A stretch of DNA of 39,515 nt from Chitinophagaceae bacterium (GTDB lineage Bacteria > Bacteroidota > Bacteroidia > Chitinophagales > Chitinophagaceae), in contig CANKNL010000001.1 in NCBI GenBank assembly GCA_947483345.1, forward strand, positions 1 through 39,515, in the 5' to 3' direction. Numbering within the stretch: position 1 is the stretch's first letter; each line of letters begins with the position of its first letter. Below are positions 25,960 to 35,899 of the stretch, in pieces. The position numbers and the translations under genes are program-made. The notes under the pieces are model-generated. The model had not been told where the DNA came from. It worked only from the letters and a program-made list of their open reading frames with translations, and did no database searches.

Positions 25960-28900
25960 CTTTAGCTTCAATACTTCCTAAGAGGTCGCCGATCTTTTGT
26001 TTGTTTTCAACGTCTTGTTGCAGGCGAAAACCGATCTCATTTTTTTCCTGCATCTTTTGTTGTAACTCTGTTTTGGAAGTACTCAACAATTCGTTTAATT
26101 CTTCCGCACTTCTTTCAGAAAGGCGTTGCTGCTCATGTTGCTTCAATTGTGCTGTTCGTTCCTGCAATACTGATTGAGCCTGTATAATGGCATCTTCTAT
26201 AGCCCGTAAAACAATTCGTTCTGTTTCTATCCAGTCCGGGCTATGCGCCAGGAGTTGTAAAAGCTTGTCTATATCCAGTGAAAGGTTATGCCGGGCATTG
26301 AATGCAATAAGCCACTCTTCTATTTTTTTACCGAAGGCGTCTATTTGCTGTTGCAATAATGCAATGTCTTTTTCTATCTGTTCTTTTTGTGTGCCACTCC
26401 TGGTAATATCTATTTGTAACTTATCTCTATCGGCCTTGCCTTTTTCCAATACCTGCTGCGCTGAGACAACTGCTTGTTTTAGATCAGATTCTACTGTTGC
26501 TGCCGCTTCACCTTTAAAAATTCTCTTTCTCTTTTGTATTAGAGTTTCCTGTTGTTCTTTTAAGGCTTCAAGAGTTGTCTGCTTCTTTTGTACTTCACCT
26601 AAAAGACTTTTTAATTGTTCCTGCAATGCGTTTAGCGTAGCAGACAGCACACTATGCTGTTGTGTATCATCAACCAGTTTTTGGGTATTAGTATTCCATT
26701 TTTCTGCAAAATCGTTGATGGCCTTAAGGAATGGAGCCGGGTTGCTTTTCCAATGCCCAAACCACTCCTGTGTCGTAAAGTAGCCTGTCAAGCTTTGTTC
26801 AATTTCAGAAAGCGTGCTATTGGTCTTTACTTGTTCGTTATTATATTGAGTCAATTGCTCCTGTAATGATAGCAGTCTTCGATCCGCATCTTTTACGGCA
26901 TTAATATTTTCGTTCAGTTGCTTGTCTAAATCAGTCACATTTTTCTGCAATGTTTCCAGCTCCTGTTTTTTTGCAGCATATAATTTGATTTGTTCCTGCA
27001 ATTCTTTTTGTTTTATTTTTTTATCTTTTAGTTGCTGTGCCAACCAACCAGCTTTTTGTTCATCGGGTACAGATGTACCATCAAGGCGAATAGAAAATCT
27101 TTCCCAGGTTTCCTTATGATCCTGAAGAAAGGCTTCTTTTGTGCTCACTTCCTGTTCTTGTGCAGCAATTATTTCTTTCAATTGATTGCCGGTTTCACGC
27201 AGGCTACTTTCTGTTGCCAGACACTCAGTATATTTTTTTTCATGCTGTTGCTGTGCTGTTTCAAGTTCCTGCAATATATGATCCAACTGAGGATGCTGTG
27301 TTGCATAAGGATGCTCAGTATTACCACATACCGGACACGGATCACCAGCTAACAATTGGGAGCGTAAGGATTCTACATTTTCCGCGGCAGCAAGACGGGC
27401 TTTATCCAGCATACGGAGCGATGTATCACGTTCTGTTTTAGCAATAACTAATTGCTCAATAGTTTGAGCAAGCAATTGCACTTTATTATTCAATTCGGTT
27501 TCATTTCCGGCAAGTTTTTGTTTTAACGTGTCCTGCTCTTTTTGGCTATTGAACAGTATCTTCCAGTGTGCTTCAGCGCCAATAATGTCTTCTACCGAAA
27601 GATCAATAGCAGTTTTTTCACTTTCTAATGTTGTATTTGGAATAGCAGATAAAACTCCGGAAACAATACTTTGAGCCTCCCGTACTGCTTGTAATTTTTG
27701 TTTAATAGCGGCAGATTGATTTTCAAAATCAATTTTCCCCTGTTTCGTTTGGTCTATAGTGCTTTGTGTAGCTTCAAGCTTTGGTAAAAGTAATTGTAAA
27801 GAATCGAGTAGCTTTTGGGCATCACTTAGTTTTGAGCTGATAAGGTTTTGATTTTCTGCAACAGGCTGGCGGGCATTATTTTCGTCCTTCCATTGCTTCA
27901 ATTTTTCGATATTACTATTCAATTGATCAGCCTGCATTTGTTGATCTTTCAATTGCCTTTCCTGTAGCTTGTAATTTTGATCAATTTTCTTTACTTCATT
28001 TGCCGCCTGGTTTACCTGTTCTGTTTTTTCTCTGATCTGTATATCCAGTCCCCTGGCTTCTTCTAAGAGGGGCTTGGCTTCTTCCTGCATTTTTGTTTTG
28101 GCAACTACATCATCGTTGGCTTTTTGCAGCAATAAGTCCAGGCCGATTTTCTGCTGCTGCAAATCATGAAGCGTTGATTGCAATTGCTGAAGTGTTATTG
28201 TTTTTTCAGACAGTTGATTTTTAGCTGCCTGCTGATTATCTATAAAACTTCTTGCAGGCTGTACTTGCTCTACCTGCTTTAGTTTCTGCTCACGATCAAT
28301 TGCATTTCTCTTTGTTTCATTAGCTTGATCATGTGCCAAATTGGCGTTGGCAAGGTTAGTTTGTAATAAAGAAAGCTGCACATGCCAGGCAATTTCTCTG
28401 CCTAATATTTCTATCTCTTTTTCCAGCGATTGTATGATTTTTTCGATTGCCAAATTTTGTTCTGCAAAGGATTCAAGTTCCTCTTTAGTAAGCGTAGGAA
28501 TACCTTCTCTTTGAAGATTTAGGTCTCCAAGTTCCTGCTCTTCCTGTTTGCAATGCACGTAAACCTGCCTGGATATTTCTGAATAGATATGAGTGCCGGT
28601 GAGTTTTTCCAATAAGGCAGACTTTTCATCCTTGGCTGCTTTTAAAAAAGTCGTAAAATCGCCCTGCGCCAGCAAAACGGAACGGGTGAATTGTTCAAAA
28701 TTTAAACCCACCAGGCGCTCTATTTCATCCTGCAATTCAGTTTTCCTGCCAGGAATATCTGTATTGGTATTGATATTTTTTAAGGCTACACTAAATGCTT
28801 GCAAACTTCCCTCTGCCTTGTCTCTTGCTCTGCGCACCCGCCATGTAGCTCTATACAATTGCCCGTCAATACCTACAAAATCTACTTCAGCAAATCCTTC

Positions 28901-29179
28901 GCCTGTTCCATCCCTTAATATTCCTCTTACATCTCCCTGGCTTATTGCACTTCCTTGTACATCAGTTATTTCAATTCCCGATTCCTTTGCTTGCAGGTAC
29001 CTCGGCGTTTTGCCATATAAGGCCAAACAAAGTGCATCCAGGATAGTAGATTTTCCGGCACCAGTAGGACCAGTGATGGCAAAAATGCCCGCAGATGATA
29101 ATGGTTCCTGTGTAAAATCAATTTCAGTTATACCTTCCAGCGAAGCCAGATTTTTAATGCGAATGCTTAGAATCTTCAT
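25960..29179 (-). pseudogene. sbcC: SbcC ATPase, 3'-truncated by IS21
   Basis: GPTGAGKST, LAQGDF, CPVCG Zn hook, coiled coils; lacks the C-terminal LSGGE signature and Walker B; frame runs into the IS end. Confidence 0.9.
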
Positions 29180-30423
29180 ATCGTTTCGGATTGGGCCACC
29201 TCCTGGGTTACCTGGTTAAACAATTGAAGAAGTTCGGCGGGAACGGTATTATTATATTTTGACTGGTACACTTTAGCAAAAACATCCCGGGGCTGCAATT
29301 CGTGCAGTTTGTCCTCTACTCCGGTACCTGTAGAATTATCCTGACCAGTAACTACAGGATACTTAACATCAATTTTTGCAAGTCGAACATCTTTGCCGGT
29401 GACTGCTGTTTCTATTTTGTGGCGAAGACCCGGTTCGGGGCCATCCAATAAAATACGAACTTCCAGATAAGGTGCTAACTGCGGATTGATACCAGTTGGA
29501 GGTAATTGTAGTAAAGCATTTATTACTTCAACAAGTGAACTATGCACGGATGGCAGTCGTATTAGTGATACTGCTATTGGAATTTCAATAACCTTCAGAT
29601 CACTGATGTCTTGCTCATTCAGATCAAATACAACTACCTGGTGTTTATAATTCAGTTCTGAAAACGACATGGGGATAGGGCTGCCACTATACCGGATATG
29701 TTCTTTACCTCCTATACGCTGGGCTTTGTGTATATGTCCCAAGGCAACATATTGAATATCCTCATGAAAAGCTGCTGCTGAAATACATTCAATACCTCCC
29801 ATAATCAGTCTTTCTGGTTTATCCATGTCTGTAATTTCAGCCTGCTGAGCATGTAAATGCCCCATACAAATTACAGGTTGGTCTGCTTGCTTTTTGGCAC
29901 TTATAAATTCATAAGCTTCGGCATATAATGCAGTCACGCCAGCTGCATAAGGATTTTCAGCATCGGCAACTATTGGGTAGTCACCCATACGCAAAAATGG
30001 TACAGCCAAACACCAGGCTTTAGTTGCTCCAGTATTATCTTTAAGCGGGATGGTAAGTTTCTCATAATCTATATTTCCATCTTCATCTTTTTCCACAAGT
30101 CCTATGATATATATTTTGGAAGATTCCAAAAGGGGTTTAGGAGATTCCAATCTCGAAGCAGAATCATGATTACCTGAAGTTATCACAATCTGAAGATTGG
30201 GGTTTGCTTTCACAGCACGGTTCAAAAAAGTATAGAATAACTTTATTGATGCCGCTGAAGGGTTGGAGAGGTCGAATACATCTCCGCTAATCAATAACAC
30301 TTCGACTTTTTCATCTTGCAAAGTTTCCACGAGCCAATCCAGAAAATTCTTATGCTCGTAGGTGCGGTCGTAATCATGAAAGAGTTGTCCTATATGCCAA
30401 TCTGCCGTGTGGAGAATTTTCAT
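29176..30423 (-). CDS. sbcD: SbcD nuclease subunit
   Basis: HTADWHIG, GDVFD, GNHDS, ALGHIH, YSGSP; 4-nt overlap with sbcC. Confidence 0.95.
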   Translation of the reverse strand: MKILHTADWHIGQLFHDYDRTYEHKNFLDWLVETLQDEKVEVLLISGDVFDLSNPSAASIKLFYTFLNRAVKANPNLQIVITSGNHDSASRLESPKPLLESSKIYIIGLVEKDEDGNIDYEKLTIPLKDNTGATKAWCLAVPFLRMGDYPIVADAENPYAAGVTALYAEAYEFISAKKQADQPVICMGHLHAQQAEITDMDKPERLIMGGIECISAAAFHEDIQYVALGHIHKAQRIGGKEHIRYSGSPIPMSFSELNYKHQVVVFDLNEQDISDLKVIEIPIAVSLIRLPSVHSSLVEVINALLQLPPTGINPQLAPYLEVRILLDGPEPGLRHKIETAVTGKDVRLAKIDVKYPVVTGQDNSTGTGVEDKLHELQPRDVFAKVYQSKYNNTVPAELLQLFNQVTQEVAQSETI

Positions 30424-30967
30424 TTTTAAAAAATTAATAGTCTTTTTTCACAGTTATAAATAAACCCCTTGATTAACACAATTGTTGATCGGGGGAAATC
30501 TATAAGTTCGTTAAGATTTAGCAGGTTTTTGTTTTGGATAACCAACCAAATGCAATTAGATGTTTGTTGATTATTTCACAGGAAGATGTATCTAGAACTT
30601 TATAGGGTAATAAAGAAAGAATATTCATCAATTATACAAAAAAAATGCGATATATCCGCGTGTTAGTTTCGTTAACTTATCTATCGCTAATTTTTGACTA
30701 TTCTGAGAATGCATTTATGAGGCAAACTGATCAAAGACTTTATACCTCTACAGTGAACTCGAGTTCAAAATCATACTTACATATCTAAGCTGTTTAAATT
30801 AATTGTGAAGTGGATTAAACAATAAGTAAGTATTAAAATCTCACGGGGAGTGCCATATAACAATTCACTTATTTGACAAGCTATACTTCTTTTTAGGGGA
30901 TGGCGTAATTTTTGGGGCTGTTTTATGTCTTTAAGAAACCTGGAAATGAGGGCTCCCCTTATACCCT

Positions 30968-32557
30968 TCAGAAAATTCCTTCCAGCCTGCTATTGATGGC
31001 ATCGATTATCATTTCACTCCATCTTTCTGCCAATAGTTGAAGCTCTTCATCTGTCCATTGCTGGTGATAAAGCCTTTCTTCCCAAATCTCATCTGGCCCG
31101 GGACCAATTTTGTATTTGAATTCTTCTAACTGAAAAATCAAATGACTAGAGAATCCAAAAGCTTTTGTGCCTGCTTTTTTAAACCCATCGAGAGATAAAG
31201 AAAGGCCCAATTGGGTTATGTTTTCATTTTTTTGCAGCCTTGCTTCCAGATCGGGTGTTGTATAAGCTTCACTAGCTGTATTATTTATGCGCCTGGCAAA
31301 AGAAGTTTTAGCAAAATGCAGTAGTTCTGATTCGAGCAGTTTTTCGGTTCGTTCTTTTATGGGCCATGTTACTTCGTTGAAAATATAAATTATATCTTTC
31401 GCTTCTCTAACTTTTTTTAGTTCTTCGCCTTTCATGCGGCTAAGTATTTCTTTCAGTTTATTTTTCTTTTCATCAATGGGTTTACGCAATATCTCAATTT
31501 CTTTATCCAGTTCCTGTTCTAATTCTTCAATGGTTGGCATTTCACCTTTTAGCTGTTTGGGCAGGGCATTGGTAAATTGATAGTCTGCCACACCCATTGG
31601 AGATTCTATCCCCTGCAAAGAATATTTAATAACCGTATCGTTTGGTGTTTTGCAAAGTAAAACTCCTATTGTAGGCTTATCTTCTTTACCCTTTACCTGC
31701 TCATTTACAGTATTGACATAGAAATTTAACTTACCAGCAAACTCCGGTTTAAAGTCGCCCACTTTAAGCTCGAACACTACAAAACAATGCAGGTGGTAGT
31801 TATAGAAAAGCATATCTAAAAAATAATCATCGCCCTGCACTACCAGGTTGTACTGATTACCTACATAAGCGAAACCACGGCCAAGCTCAAGCATGAATTT
31901 TTTCATGTGCTGTATCAGGGCTTTTTCCAGTTCCCGTTCCTGCATTTCTTCGCCTATTCCTAAAAAGTCAAATACATAAGGATTTTTGAGTGTTTCCCTG
32001 GCTAGATCGGATTGTGGTTTGGGCAATGTAATTTCGAAGTTGGTTATGGCACTACCCTGGCGAAGGTGTAACTGGCTTTGGATCTGGGCTGCTAATACGT
32101 TACGGCTCCATCCATTTTCAACTGCTTTGCTGGTATAAAATTCTCTTTCTGCAGGCAGCTTTATTTTATCCAATAACAACTGGTGATGGCCCCAGGGCAA
32201 TTGTGCAGCAACCTGCTGCACAATTATAACTAGCTGATTATCTTTTGATTGCATTTGTGCAGCAGGTTGCTGCACAAACCGGGGGTAAGCTTCTGCAAAA
32301 GCGCGCATGTATTTAAAGTTCCTGACGGAAAGACCTTTCATTTCGGGGAACTCCGTTTTTAAATCAACTGCCAGCCGGTCAATAACTTTAGAGCCCCAAC
32401 CTTCTTCTTTTTGCTGAAGCAAAATGGTGTTGCCAATTTCCCAATAGACCGATAATAGTTCAGTATTAACAGTTAAAGCCGCTTTTTGCCGGGCCTGCCT
32501 TATTTTTTCTTTAAGACCGGATAGGATTGCATTATAGTTTGAAGCTGGCGTAGGCAT
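30968..32557 (-). CDS. yhcG: YhcG/DUF1016 PD-(D/E)xK nuclease-domain protein with C-terminal extension
   Basis: YWEIG, WGSKVI, KNPYVFDFL, ELGRGFAYVG, DMLFY, ELKVG, GKLNFY. Confidence 0.92.
   Translation of the reverse strand: MPTPASNYNAILSGLKEKIRQARQKAALTVNTELLSVYWEIGNTILLQQKEEGWGSKVIDRLAVDLKTEFPEMKGLSVRNFKYMRAFAEAYPRFVQQPAAQMQSKDNQLVIIVQQVAAQLPWGHHQLLLDKIKLPAEREFYTSKAVENGWSRNVLAAQIQSQLHLRQGSAITNFEITLPKPQSDLARETLKNPYVFDFLGIGEEMQERELEKALIQHMKKFMLELGRGFAYVGNQYNLVVQGDDYFLDMLFYNYHLHCFVVFELKVGDFKPEFAGKLNFYVNTVNEQVKGKEDKPTIGVLLCKTPNDTVIKYSLQGIESPMGVADYQFTNALPKQLKGEMPTIEELEQELDKEIEILRKPIDEKKNKLKEILSRMKGEELKKVREAKDIIYIFNEVTWPIKERTEKLLESELLHFAKTSFARRINNTASEAYTTPDLEARLQKNENITQLGLSLSLDGFKKAGTKAFGFSSHLIFQLEEFKYKIGPGPDEIWEERLYHQQWTDEELQLLAERWSEMIIDAINSRLEGIF
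32199..32278. repeat. Two perfect palindromes, inverted to each other, inside yhcG
   Basis: aattgtgcagca-acc-tgctgcacaatt (32199-32225) and tttgtgcagca-ggt-tgctgcacaaa (32254-32278). Confidence 0.85.
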
Positions 32558-32635
32558 AATTTTTTATAGAAGCTCTTTGCTGGGTATTGATTTGTAATAT
32601 TCAATTATACGAAAAAAATGTGATGGTTGATCTGG

Positions 32636-32670
32636 CCACCTCCTAAATCCTCCCCCGAAAGGGGAGGACT
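32636..32670. repeat. REP-like CCCTCCCC..GGGGAGG hairpin, copy 1
   Basis: tcctcccc-cgaaa-ggggagga; related copies at 34497 and 35327. Confidence 0.7.
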
Positions 32671-32692
32671 TGGCTCCGTAGTGAAATTTCGT

Positions 32693-33145
32693 TTATGATT
32701 TTTGAAGATATTGGTTAGCAATCCAAAGAAGCCCCCAGGTGTTACATTCTGCTTTATCGTTGAAAACATTGGTAAGGAAATCGGCGGCAAGGCTGTGGAA
32801 TGACAAAAAGATTTCACAGGGCATTTTATCAGTGACACTATGAATAATGATATAAAGAGCTTCAGCCATTTTTCCCATTTCGGTTATTGTTACTTCAAAT
32901 AAGAATGGCATCTTGCTATTCACAGAAGGAACATAATAAGCGAAACTTTTAGCTATTTCGGAAAGGCGCTGGCCTGCATATGCCGCTGAAAGAAATTCTT
33001 CGAAAACATCATAGTTATCGCTTATACCTGCAATTGTTTTTTTTGGTATGGTTATTTCAAATGCTGTTTCTCTTTGTAGAAACAGAAATTCATAGAGGGT
33101 TGTGCTATCGTAACGATTTAATTCGTTGATGTTGATTTTTAGCAT
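32693..33145 (-). CDS. Hypothetical protein, paralogue of 33677-34129
   Basis: Shared L.LQ.ET.F.IT.PK..IA and Y.GQ.LSE....F.Y.VPS....PF..E...TE..K.AE.L motifs; both 150 aa. Confidence 0.8.
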   Translation of the reverse strand: MLKININELNRYDSTTLYEFLFLQRETAFEITIPKKTIAGISDNYDVFEEFLSAAYAGQRLSEIAKSFAYYVPSVNSKMPFLFEVTITEMGKMAEALYIIIHSVTDKMPCEIFLSFHSLAADFLTNVFNDKAECNTWGLLWIANQYLQKS

Positions 33146-33160
33146 GGTGGGTATGTTTTT

Positions 33161-33187
33161 AGGTCCTTCGTTGCGCTCAGGATGACA
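33161..33187. repeat. REP-like (TGTCATCCTGAG-type) repeat, copy 1
   Basis: aggtccttcgttgcgctcaggatgaca. Confidence 0.7.
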
Positions 33188-33200
33188 GTGTTTAGTTTTA

Positions 33201-33644
33201 TTAGCCGGGTAATAGATTTAATTTTCCATTTGTTACTTTATCAAAAAGCGTCTCAGAGGTTTTCATGTCATACATGAAGGGTAGAAACATCTGCAGGGGT
33301 TTTGCCTGGCCAAGCAGGATCATGCTGCATTGGATCTCTGTCCAATCGGAAAGGATCTTCCAGGCAGTTTTGTTGGCCTGGTTGTTGACGGTATCCGGAG
33401 TATCAGCCCGGGGGCGCTTGACGTTTTTCCAGAGAATGAGGAAACATTCTTCGACCTGGGCTTTGAGATGGAATGGCAATGTCTGCTGCAGCTGCTGATC
33501 AAATAGCAGGAAAGTGATGCCGGTGCATACTTTATCTGCATACTGCTTGTTGATGTTGGTGGCGCCTATTTCAACTAATAGTTCTTCGATATTTGCCATT
33601 GATCTTGATGCGTCAATTGTGGATGTGTAATTTTTGATGTTCAT
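33201..33644 (-). CDS. Phage-type hypothetical protein
   Basis: MNIKNYTS....S...IE..L...GA and QA..TAWKIL.DW...Q motifs recalled from prophage early regions; ATG at 33644. Confidence 0.75.
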   Translation of the reverse strand: MNIKNYTSTIDASRSMANIEELLVEIGATNINKQYADKVCTGITFLLFDQQLQQTLPFHLKAQVEECFLILWKNVKRPRADTPDTVNNQANKTAWKILSDWTEIQCSMILLGQAKPLQMFLPFMYDMKTSETLFDKVTNGKLNLLPG

Positions 33645-33676
33645 TGCTGTTTGGTTTTGATTTTGATAAATGATTT

Positions 33677-34129
33677 TTAGTCCCGAATGTTTTTTTCCAT
33701 GATATACAATAGCCCCTGGCAAGCCGGTTCAATCTTGTCGTTGCAGTATTGCTCCCAAAAACTGTCTTTTTCATCCCAATATTTTTCTACGAGATCAGTG
33801 TTTTCAGAATCGAATATGATTCCCCTTATCAGATAGAAAAGTGTTTCCGCCAATTTTTCTATTTCAGTAGTATTGAGTTCATAAGTAAAGGGGGCCGCAC
33901 TGTATTCGGATGGCACATTATAACAGAAATCATGAGAAAACTCTGACAACTTCTGGCCGAAATAAATTGCATCATAATACTCTGTTGCGATCATATATTT
34001 ATCTTCTTGTGGTGCAATGAAATGCTTAGGCATTGTAATGCGGAATGAAGTCTCGTTTTGCAACATGAGGTATGCATAGATGTCTTTGTACTCGTAGTCT
34101 GAAAATTCGAAAAGGTTGATCGTGTGCAT
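33677..34129 (-). CDS. Hypothetical protein, paralogue of 32693-33145
   Basis: 150-aa acidic, aromatic-rich ORF sharing the motifs listed for its paralogue. Confidence 0.8.
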   Translation of the reverse strand: MHTINLFEFSDYEYKDIYAYLMLQNETSFRITMPKHFIAPQEDKYMIATEYYDAIYFGQKLSEFSHDFCYNVPSEYSAAPFTYELNTTEIEKLAETLFYLIRGIIFDSENTDLVEKYWDEKDSFWEQYCNDKIEPACQGLLYIMEKNIRD

Positions 34130-34140
34130 AAAGTTGGTTT

Positions 34141-34176
34141 AGGTCCTTCTCCCGCTAAGGCGGGATCAGGATGACA
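34141..34176. repeat. REP-like (TGTCATCCTGA-type) repeat, copy 2, with internal hairpin
   Basis: aggtccttc-tcccgctaaggcggga-tcaggatgaca; contains the replication gene stop codon. Confidence 0.7.
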
Positions 34177-35317
34177 AAGAAGTTTTACCGTTTTGTTTTT
34201 GTTGCTGAAAGTGTTTTAATACCGCAATTCTTTTAGCCAGGGCAATAAGATTGGGCTTGTCTTTTACAACTAGTTCATTGTTTTCATTGCCCTGTAAGTA
34301 TGCATCCCATAATTGACCTAATGAATATTGGTTGCTGCCGGTGAGTTGATCGATCCGTTCAGCCAAAGCGTTCTGCATTATCTCTTCTGTTAATTCCAGG
34401 TGTAATTCAGCGAAGTGTTCCGGGAGGATGAATTTGAAGATCTTCTCGCCTTCCAGGAAGCGCTCGTAGAGGTATTGGAGGTCAGGCCTCCCCCCGGCCC
34501 CCATCCCGACCTTCCCCCCATAGGGGAAGGGGTTGGCTTCGTCGGAGGAATTCCATTGTTTAGCATTGAGCATCCATTTTTCTGCCAATGCTTTCCAGTC
34601 TTCAATTGGTGTAATGCCTTTTATTTTCCAGCCTATGGCCTTATAGTGGTTAAAGAATTTATTAGCCTCAGAGTTTGGATAGTTGTTCAGCTTAAAGAAC
34701 TCTTCGACTTCGCTCAGAGTTGGAGCAATGGCACTTCGACTTTGCTCAGTGTGTACCGAATTTGGGACTCCGGCCAGGCTGTTTATTTCCTGACTTAGTT
34801 TTTCATTTTTAGCAAAAATTTTTTGAGCGGGTAGTTTACTCTCTGTTTTATTAAAATGTTTATGTTTTATATTGTGTCCCATTTTTGGGACTGGTACGGT
34901 ATCAAAATCGGTACACGTAGCGGTCAAAATCGGTACACTGTCAGTCCCATTATTGGGACACACAGAAATGCTGTTTTCTTCATTAAAAAGATCAAGTTGC
35001 CTGTACCTGCTAACAGGTTCTTCCTGGACGTCTAAACGAGCCAAACTAACCTTTACTGGCAAAAACTTAGATGGTGAGGGATGGTAGTAAATGTATTTTG
35101 CTTCGTGCAACTCTTTTATGCATTTGTGGTATGTGTTTTTGGAACCAATTTTACTTTGCCTCATCATGTTATCCCGGTAAATTGGAAAGGGATTTTGAAA
35201 TCGATTGAAATTCCAATACTGGAACAGGGCCATATACAAGCTTACATGCGATGCAGAGAGCCGGGTATCGGTGCTAATAAAGGAAAAGAATGCATTGAGG
35301 TGGCGAATGTAGTTCAT
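34166..35317 (-). CDS. Phage-type replication initiator-like protein (N-terminal wHTH, DnaD-like C domain)
   Basis: LSASHVSLYMALFQYWN...SKNTYHKCIKEL wHTH; PTLSEVEEFF..A.KFFNHY..GW...DWKA...W domain; iterons in the linker. Confidence 0.7.
   Translation of the reverse strand: MNYIRHLNAFFSFISTDTRLSASHVSLYMALFQYWNFNRFQNPFPIYRDNMMRQSKIGSKNTYHKCIKELHEAKYIYYHPSPSKFLPVKVSLARLDVQEEPVSRYRQLDLFNEENSISVCPNNGTDSVPILTATCTDFDTVPVPKMGHNIKHKHFNKTESKLPAQKIFAKNEKLSQEINSLAGVPNSVHTEQSRSAIAPTLSEVEEFFKLNNYPNSEANKFFNHYKAIGWKIKGITPIEDWKALAEKWMLNAKQWNSSDEANPFPYGGKVGMGAGGRPDLQYLYERFLEGEKIFKFILPEHFAELHLELTEEIMQNALAERIDQLTGSNQYSLGQLWDAYLQGNENNELVVKDKPNLIALAKRIAVLKHFQQQKQNGKTSLSS
34753..34959. repeat. Iteron array plus AT-rich tract (putative origin) inside the replication gene
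   Basis: 16-bp quasi-palindromes at 34876, 34899, 34921 and 34944 (22-23 bp period), a fifth at 34753, AT-rich DNA between. Confidence 0.75.
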
Positions 35318-35595
35318 GACTTACGGGCCTCACCCCCGGCCCCTCTCCGCCAGGAGAGGGGTGATTGAAAATGTTGAAAGATGGATTTGTAAGTCCCGTT
35401 CTTAAATCGCAGTCTTTCGGGGGGTGAATCAGTCATAGAGGAAATTCTATTTTTCAGCCGGAATTGGAGGTTTGAAAAAAGTTTGGCCAGGCGTTTTTTT
35501 TCATCGCGGATCTTTCTTTCATCGGGCGAAATTGCCGGTTTGCATTTATGGGTTTGCTTTTTTGTATGGTTTCGGCCACGGTAAGGAGAATGCAT
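35314..35595 (-). CDS. Basic hypothetical protein
   Basis: 93 aa; ATGA overlap with the replication gene; C-terminus encoded by a REP-like hairpin. Confidence 0.45.
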   Translation of the reverse strand: MHSPYRGRNHTKKQTHKCKPAISPDERKIRDEKKRLAKLFSNLQFRLKNRISSMTDSPPERLRFKNGTYKSIFQHFQSPLSWRRGAGGEARKS

Positions 35596-35623
35596 GCTAT
35601 AAATTTTTGAGTTGGGGTATGCT

Positions 35624-35899
35624 TTACGAATTGGCTAAGCGAAGATTTTCCTGCATCGTTTTCTGGATATGCTCGAAATCGTAATAAATAATGCCGCCGA
35701 GCTTGGTGTATTGAAGTGTGCCATTGATCCGGAGGGTTTGCAGAGTTCCGGGGGAAACCTTGAGTAACTTTTTTACCTCATCAGATTTGAGCCACTTTTT
35801 TGTTGGAGGTCCTTCAGTTTTAAGGATTGACTTGAGCTCGGAAAAAAGTTCGGTTTTGAAATTTTGGAGATCATCAGTGGTTAGGATGTTGACTGACAT
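35624..35899 (-). CDS. HTH_17/MerR-like excisionase-type DNA-binding protein
   Basis: KKWLKSDEVKKLLKVSPGTLQTLRINGTLQYTKLGG. Confidence 0.88.
   Translation of the reverse strand: MSVNILTTDDLQNFKTELFSELKSILKTEGPPTKKWLKSDEVKKLLKVSPGTLQTLRINGTLQYTKLGGIIYYDFEHIQKTMQENLRLANS

Noticed and set aside
7613-29219. Numerous antisense ORFs within the metal, IS and sbc genes
   Set aside because: Shadow frames of long, well-supported genes
30424-30967. 540-bp AT-rich intergenic region
   Set aside because: No ORF, repeat or structure I could support
32605-32838. 77-aa ORF ending PSPPLSGEDLGGG
   Set aside because: Overlaps the 150-aa paralogue out of frame, and its tail is just the REP-like hairpin
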